Shown: positions 1 to 10,721, numbered from the stretch's first letter. The stretch: 24,873 bases of DNA from Macrostomum lignano (GCA_002269645.1 NIVC01005144.1:1-24873); one strand, 5' to 3'. Program-made: numbers and translations. The notes: a model not told the origin generated them from the letters alone.

Positions 1-113
1 GAGACACGGCGGGAAACGGTCGCGGCAGCTGGACGGTGGTGCCTTTTTTGAAACACTGATTGGGTACTGATAGTACTTCTGCACTATTAGCGTAATTTGC
101 CAGATCATTATAG
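1..113 (-). CDS. DEG/ENaC channel, coding exon 2 (partial, runs off window; apparent -1 frame change at 44-49)
   Basis: Acceptor ctttcag ends at 114. Spliced in phase 1 to exon 1 it reads ...LFGL-S-IMIWQITLIVQKYYQYPISVSKK (end of TM1 plus the YxxYP motif). The family FPAV motif (PFPAVS, positions 19-2) lies in the -1 frame. Confidence 0.85.
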
Positions 114-682
114 CTGAAAGTGATGGCAGTAATATTATACTTTGCTAATCAGTCTTATGTTTGCACTTATGTTGTTCAGTTCCTATCTTATATGGCATGG
201 GACGAAGAGATGTGCGTGTTAGTCAGCAGGGTTCCTCGACAGACATCACATCGACATCGTCCACCTCTCGAGTAAAATTTTCTGGGCAACAGAACTGCCG
301 CTTATTAAACAACTAGCGAGATTTCTCCCAGAAAAAATCACTTCAATAACTACGTTTAACTTTGTTTGCTCTGCGCCCAGGGATCTTGGCAATGGCTACA
401 AAAATAGCAGCTTAAGACGTATGCATACTTTGCTATTAGTGGAAGAATTTAATTTTGCAAACCTGCAACAACAGACTTTAAAGCAACCCCACTCTTGCTT
501 GTAGTAATAATAAATTATTAAGCTAGGCTCGCGTCTAGGAAGATGGAGGAGGCAGGACTCAGCGCGGTAGGTGGACTTTTCTGCACAGCTCACTGCTCTA
601 TAGGGCTTTTTCCTTCTCTAGCATCGCTTCAAACCTATTGAACCAAGTGTTTCATGTCTCTCAGGGTGCTAAGATCACTCAC

Positions 683-971
683 ATAGTCCAAACAGAAGCA
701 GCAGGACCCATACAGTACGCCTGAGTGGGCTTTGGCTCCGCCTGATGTTGGGCAACCCGTGCATGCCGGTGTTCTCGGCCCAGCCGACCATCAGGGCGCG
801 GAATGAAGACCCCTCGGACTGCTGCTTTTGCTGCTGCTGTCGCTGCAGCTGCATTTTCAAAACTGCCGAGCCTGTTGGCGAATCCGGCGGAGGAAGCGTC
901 AAAGGAGGCGGCGGCGGCGGCGGATGCATGGCAGCTTCGATATGCGAGTTTTGTAAAGGAACTTTGAGCAT
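683..971 (-). CDS. DEG/ENaC channel, first coding exon (cytoplasmic N-terminus with poly-P and poly-Q, HG motif, start of TM1)
   Basis: Translation WAENTGMHGLPNIRRSQSPLRRTVWVLLLLFGL matches the conserved T-x-HG...RR..W pre-TM1 motif. GTGAGT donor at 682-677. ATG at 971, with an alternative ATG at 929. Confidence 0.9.
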
Positions 972-1524
972 ATCTGGGACACGTAGAATCACCGCTTGCT
1001 GGTGCTGCCAAGCGTGGCAGAGGTTGGGTTGCGTTCTGAGGGAGCTGGCTTGGCAAATATAGGCGGGAAGTATTAGGCCCGCGGCTTGGGCGCATTGGGC
1101 TCGGTCGCCAAGGACAACCGGTGTTTTCTAACATAATAACTCTCTTTCCTGTTAGATCGTACCACCAATGGCATTTGACGGATTGTGTTCTTGGACAATG
1201 CTTTCTGTCTACGTTAACCAGATAGATTTACTACTTTCAGTAAAAACTTTTGCACACGCACAGGTATTTTAAGTCTGAGTCAGAAAGTTTAAACCGACTC
1301 GGATCAGCCAATCCGTCATGACCGTTCCTAATCTTGTGGCGGCGGCGTTTTTGATTTACATTAATCCACGCGATCCGAATTCGAACACTGTAAGCCCTGC
1401 TCGATAAATTGAACTGTCTCCTGTTAACTGGACTCCATCCCCGTTAACTTGTACAAGATATGCGCGTAACTTTAGGCCAGGACCGGTTTCTGAGAGTTCC
1501 TACTCTTCATACGAGGTGTTGGGA

Positions 1525-2135
1525 GCATCAGATTTCCCTGCAGAAGGGTTCCTGCATGAAGTTTCCCTCCAGCTAAGTTCTCCCGTAGCAAAGTTTTCCC
1601 ACAGAAGCTTTTGCGAAGTTTTTCGGTAGCGTACACCCACACAGGAAGTTTTCCGCAGCGATCAGCTTCTGCCCCCGCGTTTTGGCGTCCATATAGCGCC
1701 CTGAATCCACTGGCGCCTTTTCCTGCCTACTGTCAGAGAATCATAGAATGATATGTTTGCAGCTCCCGTGTCCCTCGACCACTTACTGCAGGTGTCGTTT
1801 CTAAGTTTCAGTGCTCTGAGGACCAGAACGAGTCCTCATCTCTTAAATAGGGAAAACGAAGCGACACCTGTACACAAAGGGTCAAGGAGCATTAAACTAA
1901 AAGATAGCCATCCAAGAACACCTGCTCACGTTTGATTCATGTTGCAGCAGCAACCCTCATGACTCGTTTAAGATGATTGATTCCTGCCGTCTTGAGTGCA
2001 ATTTCAACATTTTAGAAGGCCGTGTACATTAAAGCTCAAGCCTAATTTGAACTGTCAGTTAGCTATGGGGTTGTTCGGGGTGTTCTACGTTTGGGAAAAC
2101 TCCGTGCGGAAAAACTTTAGCGGGAAAATCTCTTA
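1525..2135. repeat. Degenerate AAGTTTTCC-type repeat cluster (1525-1660) with inverted copies (2090-2135); possible MITE/foldback remnant
   Basis: aagtttccc, aagttctccc, aagttttccc, aagtttttcgg and aagttttccg on the left; gggaaaactc, ggaaaaactt and gggaaaatct on the right. Confidence 0.4.
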
Positions 2136-3583
2136 TAGACCCGACTGAGCTCTTTACAGTTTACAATTGTAGCCACACCTGTAGAGACGCTATTTGTTCA
2201 AAGTTTGATTTGCAGACACTATACGGCTCATTCAAACCAGCATCAATTAAAGCTATAGTTTTTGCGTGTACGCACAGCTTGTGCAAAATGTTTCATCGCT
2301 TCATGACATGCGTGCGCGTAATGTGATGACTCGATTGCATGACAGCGGAGTGAACTAGAACTCTCAGATTTAGATGTACGAGTACTTCATTTTTTGCTAC
2401 TCGACCGATACTGACTTTTGGGATGCCCGTAAGTTTCTCTGGCTTACGTAGCAACCTGTATTCTCCGACTGACTTAAATCTGAAGAGTACCGAGTCTAGC
2501 CGTACCCAGGTCGCGCTTCAGGTTGGGACGCTTCAAAGGTACATGTAGTTCACCAACGCGCAGCACTCTATCGCCAAGTTCATTCAAGTGACTATCCTTT
2601 AGAAAACTGACAAGTTAGTACGTTACGTACAAGTTCGATTGAATTAAAACTAGAAGACAGAGTAAGACGTTCACAGTCCCAGTTATGTGAAGTGTTTGCA
2701 CTATCAGCTCCAGTTCTAACGCAATGTAACAAGCGCCAAAGATGCGCCGCAGCTGACTTTTAGAACTTTCGACCATCGAGTCTTATCGCGCTGGTGTTGT
2801 GAAGACGCCGCACGAAGTGCAAGCTATTTTTAGCCGCTCACATAAGCCAGGGTATGAAAAATGGCAGTACAACGAAAAGTCTCCGACTGGCCTCAGTAAC
2901 TAGCTACTTGAAGTAGACCTGCGAGTAAATATTTTTCCCGCAGTCCAGATAAAGAGGCAACTAACTACCCGGGCGCTACAATAGATGCTTGCAGCAAAAT
3001 TATTCCAATATCTTTTAAACTATTGCAGACTAAAATTTAAAAGAAAAAGTCGATTGAGAAAACGAAACAGATTAAAAAGCCGAAAAGGTCCTAAGAAAGT
3101 GTGTGGTTATTCGAAAAAAGAAAATAATTGCTTGTATATTTTTCAACGCTTGATTCATTAATATTTGTTGTTGAGTTCAAATGTATAAAACGTAGCGGAA
3201 TGCCAAAAACTGTCGATAAATTTATGTAAATAGCCTTCAAAAATAGAAAAAATGACACTGAAAAATGTGCAAGTGGCTAATTGAAAGTATTTGAATTAGG
3301 CCGAAAAAAGCCAGACAAAAAAGCAAAAAACTAAGTCGCTGTTACATTTTGCCAATTTTGCTAAGACAGCACAACTTACACTGTTGCTCTTCAGTTCGTA
3401 TACTTGAATTACATGATAACACAAACTAAATATTTGGTCAATTAGTGAGGCAAATAGGGATCAATAGGGATGGAGCTCTGTCTAACGACAAGGACAAGGG
3501 CCAAATTGAACGGGAAATCAGAATCGCCATGCGGACAGAGCGTAAATAAAATTGCAAAAAAGCGATTACATGTTTCTCATGTA

Positions 3584-3589
3584 TTTATT
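3584..3589 (-). promoter_or_regulatory. Polyadenylation signal AATAAA of the ZnT gene
   Basis: AATAAA on the - strand about 45 nt after the TGA stop at 3637-3635. Confidence 0.55.
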
Positions 3590-3634
3590 GCAATAAACGT
3601 TATAAAAGTCTTTGAGACTGAAGAGCAGGAGTGA

Positions 3635-4749
3635 TCAGTCTTGCGGGTCCTGGCAGTGCTCGCAGTCTGCCATGGCCTCAACGTATTCCTCGATCTGCAC
3701 AGTGACCTCGTGAAGTTGAAACCGCTGCTTAACCAGCCTTGTGGCCGCCAGCAGCAACTCCTGCTGATTAGCGTCCTTAACAACGGCCAGGTGCGCGCTG
3801 ACGGCCGTTTTGTTCATTGTGAGACTCCACAGGCGCAGGTTGTGCACTTCGATAACGCCTGGCACAGAGGCGAGCGTCTCCTTGACAATGTTGAAGTCCA
3901 AGCCCTTGGGTGTAGCCTCCATCAGCACGCGCATAGTGTCGCGCAAAATGCTGAAAGTGGTGAACAGGACCAGGATGGAGAACAGGAAGGTGCAGATGGG
4001 GTCGGCCAGTTTCAAGTCAGGTCGGTAGTAAATAACAAAGGCCGCACAGAGGACGCCCAGACTCTGCAAGAAGTCGCCAACTACATGAATAAAAGCTGCC
4101 CGAACGTTGATGTTTTGATCTGAATGGCGTGATCATCGTTGCCGTGATTGTTGGCGTGACTGTGACCGTGGTCAGTGCCGAGACTGTGACCGTGCTGATG
4201 CAGCGTCACCGCCATGATGATGTTAACCGCCACACCAACACCGGACGTGATGAGCATAGCCTGGCCTTGAACTTCGAAGTTCTGATTGACAACGCGTTCA
4301 ATTGCCAGGTAAACCAGTATACCGGTGACCACCCAGATCATGAGCACAGAAACCAGGGCCCCGACAACTTCGGCCCGGTGCCAACCGAAGCTCATTCTCT
4401 TCGTGGCCGGCCTGGAGGCCAGGTAGAGCGCCAGCAGGCTAATCATGAAGCTGGCAAAGTCCGTCAGCAGGTGAGCAGCGTCCGTCATGATGGCCAAACT
4501 GTTGGCGATGGCGCCGCCAACGATCTCGCCGGCCATGAAGAGCAGGCAGAGCAGCGAGGCGACCCAGAGCTTGCGCCGGGCCGTGCGCTGGCCGAGCGCC
4601 AGCAGCTGTTCCCTGACCTGCTCGCTGGCGTGGCAGTGCAGCCCGGCCTCGCTGTCCGAGCTGGTGCCCCGCTGCATGGCGTGGTAGGACGGACCGGCGT
4701 GAGACACCAGACTGCTCTTCTCGCTGACATTGGCACCGTGGCTTGGCAT
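3635..4749 (-). CDS. SLC30A2: Zinc transporter ZnT2-like (SLC30A2/3/4/8 group, CDF family); intronless; one -1 frame break at about 4113-4132
   Basis: ARRKLWVASLLC...SLAIMTDAAHLLTDFAS (TM2 zinc site HxxxD), FGWHRAEVVGAL, His-rich loop HGHSLGTDHGHSH. Then, in the -1 frame, NINVRAAFIHVVGDFLQS (TM5 HxxxD), ADPICTFLFS, LMEATPKG, VHNLRLWSLT, TVQIE, CEHCQDP. Confidence 0.93.
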
Positions 4750-6425
4750 TGTGGACACAATAATCAATGTGTGCGCGTGACAACTGCAAAGTTTAATCAT
4801 TAGTAGGGACTTAAAATGTGAAGTTTTGAAGAGGCTATATGCCTATGTTTAATCGGCTTGACCTTCTCACGAACCTTTTTAAACAGCCAATCCGAACAAA
4901 CGCTATGGGGTCTCACTTCATACTCGAGTGTACTTGCATTCAAATTGCTAACAAAGCAATTAACAGATCTGAGAAGCACCTGTGAGGGTCAGGAAAATTA
5001 CTACTGTTATCAAAGCTCTTGCTGATAATCTTTGGCAGAATTATAAATTGCAACACACCCATGCCACGTGACATGAGTTTCTTGTTGGGAAACACTTTTG
5101 AACTATAGTAGAAAGCAAAATAAACATAGAAGTACAATTAAACTGTATGCAAGACTAATGGTAAAGGAGCTTAAGAAAAAAAGATTTTGTGAATTTCTGA
5201 ATAGGCCTAAAAACAATTAGATTTTTTCTTTTTTTCTGAACATGCTCTCATTTTCAACAAATTTGATATTTTTAGACTTGTATTTTATTTTTTTATTTTG
5301 AATAAGTAATTAAGTAGTTCAACTATTAGAAGTTATGAATATAAATATATATATGTAACTTATTTGGCCATAAAAAACTAAGTCATTATTGCTACTTAAA
5401 TAAAATAAAAAATATAAGCAGGAAAAGAGAACAGAAAGAATATTAAAACTCCTAAATTCTAGAAAAAAACTCTACAATAAACTCATTTAAATCCTAGACA
5501 TATTGTGAAAAGTTTCAAATTATTTTTCACTTGAATATAAAAGAAAGTAGCATATAATAGTCCTATTTCTACTCAAAAATAGAAATCAATAATAGGCTTA
5601 TCTGGCTATTAAAAGTATTTTTGAACTATATAAAATAATAATAATGATAAATAAGATTAGACAATATCTTAAACAATGATCTATATCCATTAAAAATATT
5701 AGGGCCTAGGGCTAGGGAGTATAATAACTGGGTCTAATTAAAAATGTTCAAAATATCCAAAAATGCACCCATAATAACAAAGCAATGAACCAAAAAAGGA
5801 TGATTTTTCAAAATTTAATATGGAAATATGGCTACACTAAGCCTTTACTCTGAGCCCAATAAATTTAGACAGCATAGACAGTTAGACCTAATAATGCAAA
5901 AATCATTTTTTGAGAGCTGAAGCAACATGGGTTTACTAGTAAGACAATATTAGTAATAAATTAAGATGCTAATATAGCTGAGTTAAGTAAAGGTTACTAC
6001 CTAAATACCATTGAATAATACAATCTACTTGCTACTTGCACCTATACATTATAATGTTTGAATATGAATATACTTTCGTATGTTTGATTGTTTTATGCAT
6101 ACAGAGGTAAACTAGCAAATAAAGGAAAGAGTTGCAAATAATTACTTAAAAAATAAATAATTCTAAATCAATCAGGCTGTTGGTCTGTAGCAAATGCAAC
6201 AATAACAACTGCAAGTGCTGTTTTTGTTTGCTGCACGCAATTCGTTCGCTTTAGTCCCCGAAACATTTCGAAGAAAATCATTGTTTTAAATTTAGAGTGA
6301 GCATAACATTTTAACAAGTTTCGACGGCATTTACAAGCAATATTACCAGCGGTTCCTATACGTCCCTCCTTGCCTCGTCTCTCCAATTTAAATAATTGCG
6401 TTACATTCCATCTATCTTGATTTCC

Positions 6426-6492
6426 CCAGGCGATACTACATCACTTGTTTATGTACAGTAGCTTTGTTGAGCAGCTGGTCGTATTTTGACCA
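6426..6492. repeat. Direct repeat A, left copy (pairs with 11050-11116)
   Basis: ccaggcgatactacatcacttgtttatgtacagtagc...ttttgacca; 6 mismatches over 67 bp against the right copy. Confidence 0.9.
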
Positions 6493-6499
6493 TTAGTGA

Positions 6500-6628
6500 A
6501 GGGGAGGCAAAGACAAACCGAGTGTGAAGACGGCAAGGCAATGAAAAGCTAGGGGGTGCACCCCAAGTCGGTCAATGGTATTGTTGAAACAAATTGATTA
6601 GAGAGGATTTAAAATTAACGAGAAAAAA
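6500..6628. repeat. Repeat B, copy abutting repeat A
   Basis: gggaggcaaagacaaaccga...aaaagctaggg.gtgcaccccaag...aaaattaacga recurs at 6848-6960. Confidence 0.85.
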
Positions 6629-6847
6629 TTCCAAACGCGAGCAAACCCTTACAGTAGCCGCATAGGTGGCGGCCTTAATAGGCACACGGCATGCACAACG
6701 TACCCAAAAACCCAAGCTGACAGCCAACACCCAAACAGCCCCCAAGAACCACGTATGTAGCTATATACAATGGACCTTGACAGCCCCCTTGCTTGCATTA
6801 AAGGCGCTTAGCCCTCGCCGGCTCGCGCAAACCGATATATTAATTAA

Positions 6848-6960
6848 GGGAGGCAAAGACAAACCGATTGTGGCGACGGTGAGGCAATTAAAAGCTAGGG
6901 GATGCACCCCAAGGCCAAACTAACAAATAAATGAACGAATGAGAAAATTAACGAAAAAAA
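6848..6960. repeat. Repeat B, inner copy
   Basis: Core of about 66 bp strongly similar to 6502-6567, plus the shared aaaattaacga tail. Confidence 0.85.
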
Positions 6961-7071
6961 GGGAAATTAAGGCAGGGGATAAGAGTAGAAATATAAAAAC
7001 CTTGAAATCACGAGTAAAAGTCACTCAAAGGCAATTCTCTCTAAAAAGCGCCAGCAATATGCGAACCAGCT

Positions 7072-7975
7072 TCAGCAGAGAATCTGCATAGGCAGTGGAA
7101 GGTAGGCAGTCACAGCATCACTTCGCCAGTCACCGATGCATTTCACCTCTTAAACAGAGTACCACCTCTGCGCAAGCTGTGCGCTGAGAAAGAACGGTCG
7201 AACGTCCTACCCAACAGTTGCTAGGCAACGCTTGAGGAACCTGTCGAATCTTGAGGCAGACAGGACAATAGAGGATCCGCTCGCCAACTGATTGGAGAAC
7301 ACAGGTTGCCTGCCACCAAGCTTGCTAATGCGGAGGTGACTCTCTAGCGCGGCCACCAGGCAAAGCGGATGCCCTTCTTTTAGCATTGGAAGCAACACTC
7401 GGTGCAGCCTCGCTCCGAACTGGTTCGTTTTGCCATAACTGACGGAGAGCACAACCCTCTTCGGGTGGTATTTAAAGGCTGAGACGGAGATCGCTGAACC
7501 GGATTGCTGGCAGGGCAGGAGACTGTGGAACGCCAAAAAATCCCCCACCAAGAAATCGGCGTCACAAGCCAGCAGACTGTATCAAGCGAACTGCTCGAAT
7601 TAAGTCGGTTCCTCACAGACCGGCAGCTTCTGTCTTGGTCGCTGGCCCAACCTCCGTTTGGCGACGCGAACGAGCAGTCAGACCAGGTGGTTTTTGTTCG
7701 GTCCTCAGCATCATCACAAGTTTTGAACCAGCTGGACAGTGCACTGACGTGGACACGCAGACTGTTGAACGATCTCAGGGGGCATTCGACTAGGTGGTTA
7801 AGTAGCACCGACCAGTCGTATCGAGTCGGGTTGGTCCCGCTCTCGTTGCAATAACTGCGCCAGGACCGGACGGCCGATGAGATTGCCCTGTGTGACTGCG
7901 GTGCGTATGTTGCGGCGAGGAGGCCGGAGGTGGCGGCGCCGAGGGTCTGCGTTGCAGGGAGGCGGCCTGTGAAGA
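7072..7975 (-). pseudogene. Tyrosine recombinase of the YR retrotransposon (frameshifted)
   Basis: N-terminal LAATYAPQSHRAISSAVRSW (integrase SAM-like region), GKTNQFG, LCLVAAL, FSAHSLRRGG (HxxR, 7190-7161), GDWRSDAVTAY (catalytic Tyr at 7104-7102); these lie in different frames. Confidence 0.85.
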
Positions 7976-8094
7976 TAAAAAACAGGAAGCAAAAACAGAA
8001 AACGCGTGATCGGAAAACTCCACAGGGAAATTTGCACCGAGCCAAAAACACAGAAAATAAAACTAAACAACTCATGACATGATTGCAAGCGGGA

Positions 8095-8481
8095 CCCGCA
8101 TCAGAAAACAGCTGATAGGCACCAGGAAAGTGAAAGACCTCAAATTCAACGTCGAAACGCAGACACAGCAGCGTAACAGCCTGCAACAACCACATCAGCC
8201 GCGAGTCCTTGGAGACGCCTCGCCTCAGCATCCAACACGCCGTTTCATTGTCGCAGTCGACAGCCAGCCGACACCCGACCAAGGACTGGGGTCATCTCAA
8301 AACAGCCAGCGAGATAACCACAGCCTCCTTGTAATTGATGCAGTAATCCTGAAAAACAGTGTGAAAAACAATCGTGAAGTGTGGAATCCAAGCAGATTCA
8401 GATGATTGTAGAACTTTTAGCAGGACTCCTGACCTCCACAGAAGGCGAAGTCATCCATGTAGGCCTTCATAGCGTAGAACC
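8095..8481 (-). pseudogene. YR-element RT C-terminal fragment (YMDD) and RNase H
   Basis: FYAMKAYMDDF (YMDD at 8461-8450); INYKEAVVISLAVLR*PQSLVGCRLAVDCDN...SKDSRLMWLL...HFPG (DIRS-type RNase H; TGA at 8294-8292 where W is expected). Confidence 0.8.
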
Positions 8482-9786
8482 TGGCAGGGCTCTGGTGCCG
8501 ACTGTCTGCACTCGCTCACTGTCTGCAGTGACGATCCACAGTCCCAGCTGATCCATGAGGTCGCACCCCAGGATGTCAGATCCGGTATTGACCACGCTAA
8601 GGTTGACGTAAGGCACTACTTTGTCCTTGAGCTGCACCGAGGTCAGGATGTCACCAAGCACGCCGATCTTGCTGCCGTTGAAAGCGACCAGCTTCCGTGA
8701 TGACGCCTGCAGGGGCACGTTGGACAGAAGTCTATTGTACGTCGTCTTGGTGATGATGGAGACTCGCGAACCGGAGTCAACGAGCAGCTTGACAGGCCTC
8801 CCGTTCAGCAGCACTTCGCAGTGCTTGCTTGCTGCCGCAGCTGTCGACACAGTGCAAATGGAGTACTCATCCTGAAGCTGTCGCACTCCGTTGCCGCTCC
8901 TGCAGACTCTGGCGAAGTGCCCGCGCTTGCCGCAGGACTTGCACTTCTGCCCCTTTGCTGGGCAGGTCTGTCCACCGACATGCGCCGCTGAGCCACAGTA
9001 GCCGCAGCTCCGGCCGTCGGTTGTCGGCTTCAGTGCCTCGTGCTGTCTTGCCACTGCTCTACTGTTCTTAGCCTTGCTGATCTGCTGGACTCCACACGAG
9101 CTGTTTGGGTCTGTGTGGCTGCCTCCCTTGATGGCCTGGGCCTCCAGCAGTCCAGTTTCCAGTCGCTCCGCCAACTGCACAGCTGTCGCCAAGGTCAGCT
9201 CCGGCTCCATAAGCAGTCGCTCCCTGATGTGGTTGCTGAGCACTTTCTCGACGAGCTGGTCACGCAGCATCTCCTCCTGGAAGGTCTTGAAGTCGCAGTT
9301 CGAAGCCAGGTTTCGCAGCGCGGCAACGAAGTCCCTGATCTTCTCGCCCGGTCGCTGAGCTCTCTGTCGGAATCTGTGCCTCTCAGCAACTACGTTGACT
9401 TTGGGTCCGAAGTGCGTGTCCAGGAGCTTCAGCGTGTCATCAACTGTTGATGGCGGATGCTCTTCTTCCTCCTGATTGCGACTGGCCTGCAGAGACATGT
9501 AGATGTTTTGTCCCTCTGCACCCAAGCAGTGGATGAGCAACGCTTGTTTTCTTTGCTCCGGCAGATCGATGGCTCCCGATGCTAGCAGGTAATTGCTGAA
9601 CATTGCTTTCCATCGGTTCCATTCAATCAGCGATGCTCCAGCGGCTGGCAGAAACGGCTGCGGTGGCGAAATGTTGACACTCATTCTGTTGGCTGTAACT
9701 CTGCTTGACTGTTGGGCTGCTGCTTGTTGGGACCCTCGCTGTGGGTCGCCCATTGCACTTGCATTTGCGCCTTCTGTGCTGCTCAT
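8482..9786 (-). CDS. Gypsy gag plus aspartic protease, open but 3'-truncated
   Basis: EWNRWKAMFSNYL, ALLIHCLG, ERHRFRQRAQRPGE, EMLRDQL, CKSCGKRGHFARVC zinc knuckle, LLVDSGSRVS protease site, ILGCDLM; runs into host sequence and stops at 8467. Confidence 0.88.
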
Positions 9787-9850
9787 GACTTGGCAGATTT
9801 TAGAGTTTGCGCTTTTGCTGAATCACGCTGGCCCAAATCAATTTATTTCT

Positions 9851-9863
9851 CCGCGCGACGCCA
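9851..9863 (-). promoter_or_regulatory. Primer-binding site of the Gypsy element
   Basis: TGGCGTCGCGCGG begins 3 nt after the LTR-terminal CA; the TGG complements the tRNA CCA end; cognate tRNA not assigned. Confidence 0.7.
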
Positions 9864-9866
9864 AAA

Positions 9867-10064
9867 TGTGGTGAGCGAGAGACAAGCCAGTCAGGTTTAG
9901 TCCAACAAACAAAATTCAAACCCTCACCTAAAGGGTGGAGCTATTCTTATATTTACTCGAGAACGCATGTACATATACAAACAGAGCGAGCATGTACATC
10001 GGATCCCTTGACCCCCAAACACCGACTAGCAAAACAACCCAGTGAGTAAACTCACTTTACAACA
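9867..10064 (-). repeat. 5' LTR of the Gypsy element (about 198 bp)
   Basis: Starts TGTTGTAAAG and ends ...CTCACCACA on the - strand; TATA-like TATAAG inside; followed by the PBS. Confidence 0.75.
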
Positions 10065-10634
10065 GAACCCAGGCTTCAATGGCTGGCTGGCCCTCGCCTT
10101 GGAGCTGAATCTTCATGCCTGTGACCCGGTGGTCATCTGGGTGCACTCCAAATGAACGGTACGATACAAGTCCACTTTGCACATATACGCGCCGCTATAC
10201 AGCTTCAAGGCAAAGTTGCTGGCAGATGTAAAACGCAACTTCCGTTTCGACTCGAAGAAATCATTGACTGAGGTGCGAGTTGGCAGGCTGCAGCCGTGAA
10301 TAAGGCGGATGGAAGACGAGTCCACCTTAGGGATCGCACCAAGTGCACTTAAAATTAGCGGCCGATTGCCTGCCTGACAGCGCCTGTAGAGGTCCTGCTC
10401 AAGCTCCTGATGCACTTGGGCCTCAACAGCTTGTTGTTGAATAGTAGCTGATCTGTGATTCGCCATTTCAGTGTGGTTCTTATAATCCATCACCTTATTA
10501 GTAATACGGAAGCCATTCTTCACACCATCGAGCTCGAACCTGACCCGGTCCTCCAGCATCTCGGTCCCAGCCAGCTCTTCCCGCCAAACCGCAAAGACAA
10601 GGTCGCTCGACAACTCTGTTGAACTGGGGGTCAC
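10065..10634 (-). pseudogene. YR-element reverse transcriptase, N-terminal part
   Basis: GVKNGFRI, NHRSA, SALGAIPK, RLIHGCS.P..SVND, MCKVDL, then frameshifted YRSFGVHPDDHRVTG; the LPFG motif is missing. Confidence 0.85.
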
Positions 10635-10721
10635 TTAAGGGAGAGATCCCCCGTGGGGCACAGGAGGGTGACCCGGAGCTAGACCTTGAGTCCTGTGCCC
10701 CCACCTCACACGCTAGTTTTT

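Larger units (their letters stand above)
8482..10064 (-). mobile_element. Ty3/Gypsy LTR retrotransposon fragment (Mag-like): 5' LTR, PBS, gag, protease; RT/RH/IN and 3' LTR absent
   Basis: TG...CA ends flanked by GAACC at 8477-8481 and 10065-10069; internal gag-PR ORF. Confidence 0.88.

Noticed and set aside
2480-2515. CTGAAGA-GTAC...GTAC hammerhead-like start
   Set aside because: No GAAA core after stem II
3641-4803. Long + strand ORFs (160 aa and 224 aa) opposite the ZnT gene
   Set aside because: They are codon-aligned antisense shadows of a GC3-rich CDS, break at the same place as the ZnT frame, and have no recognisable motifs
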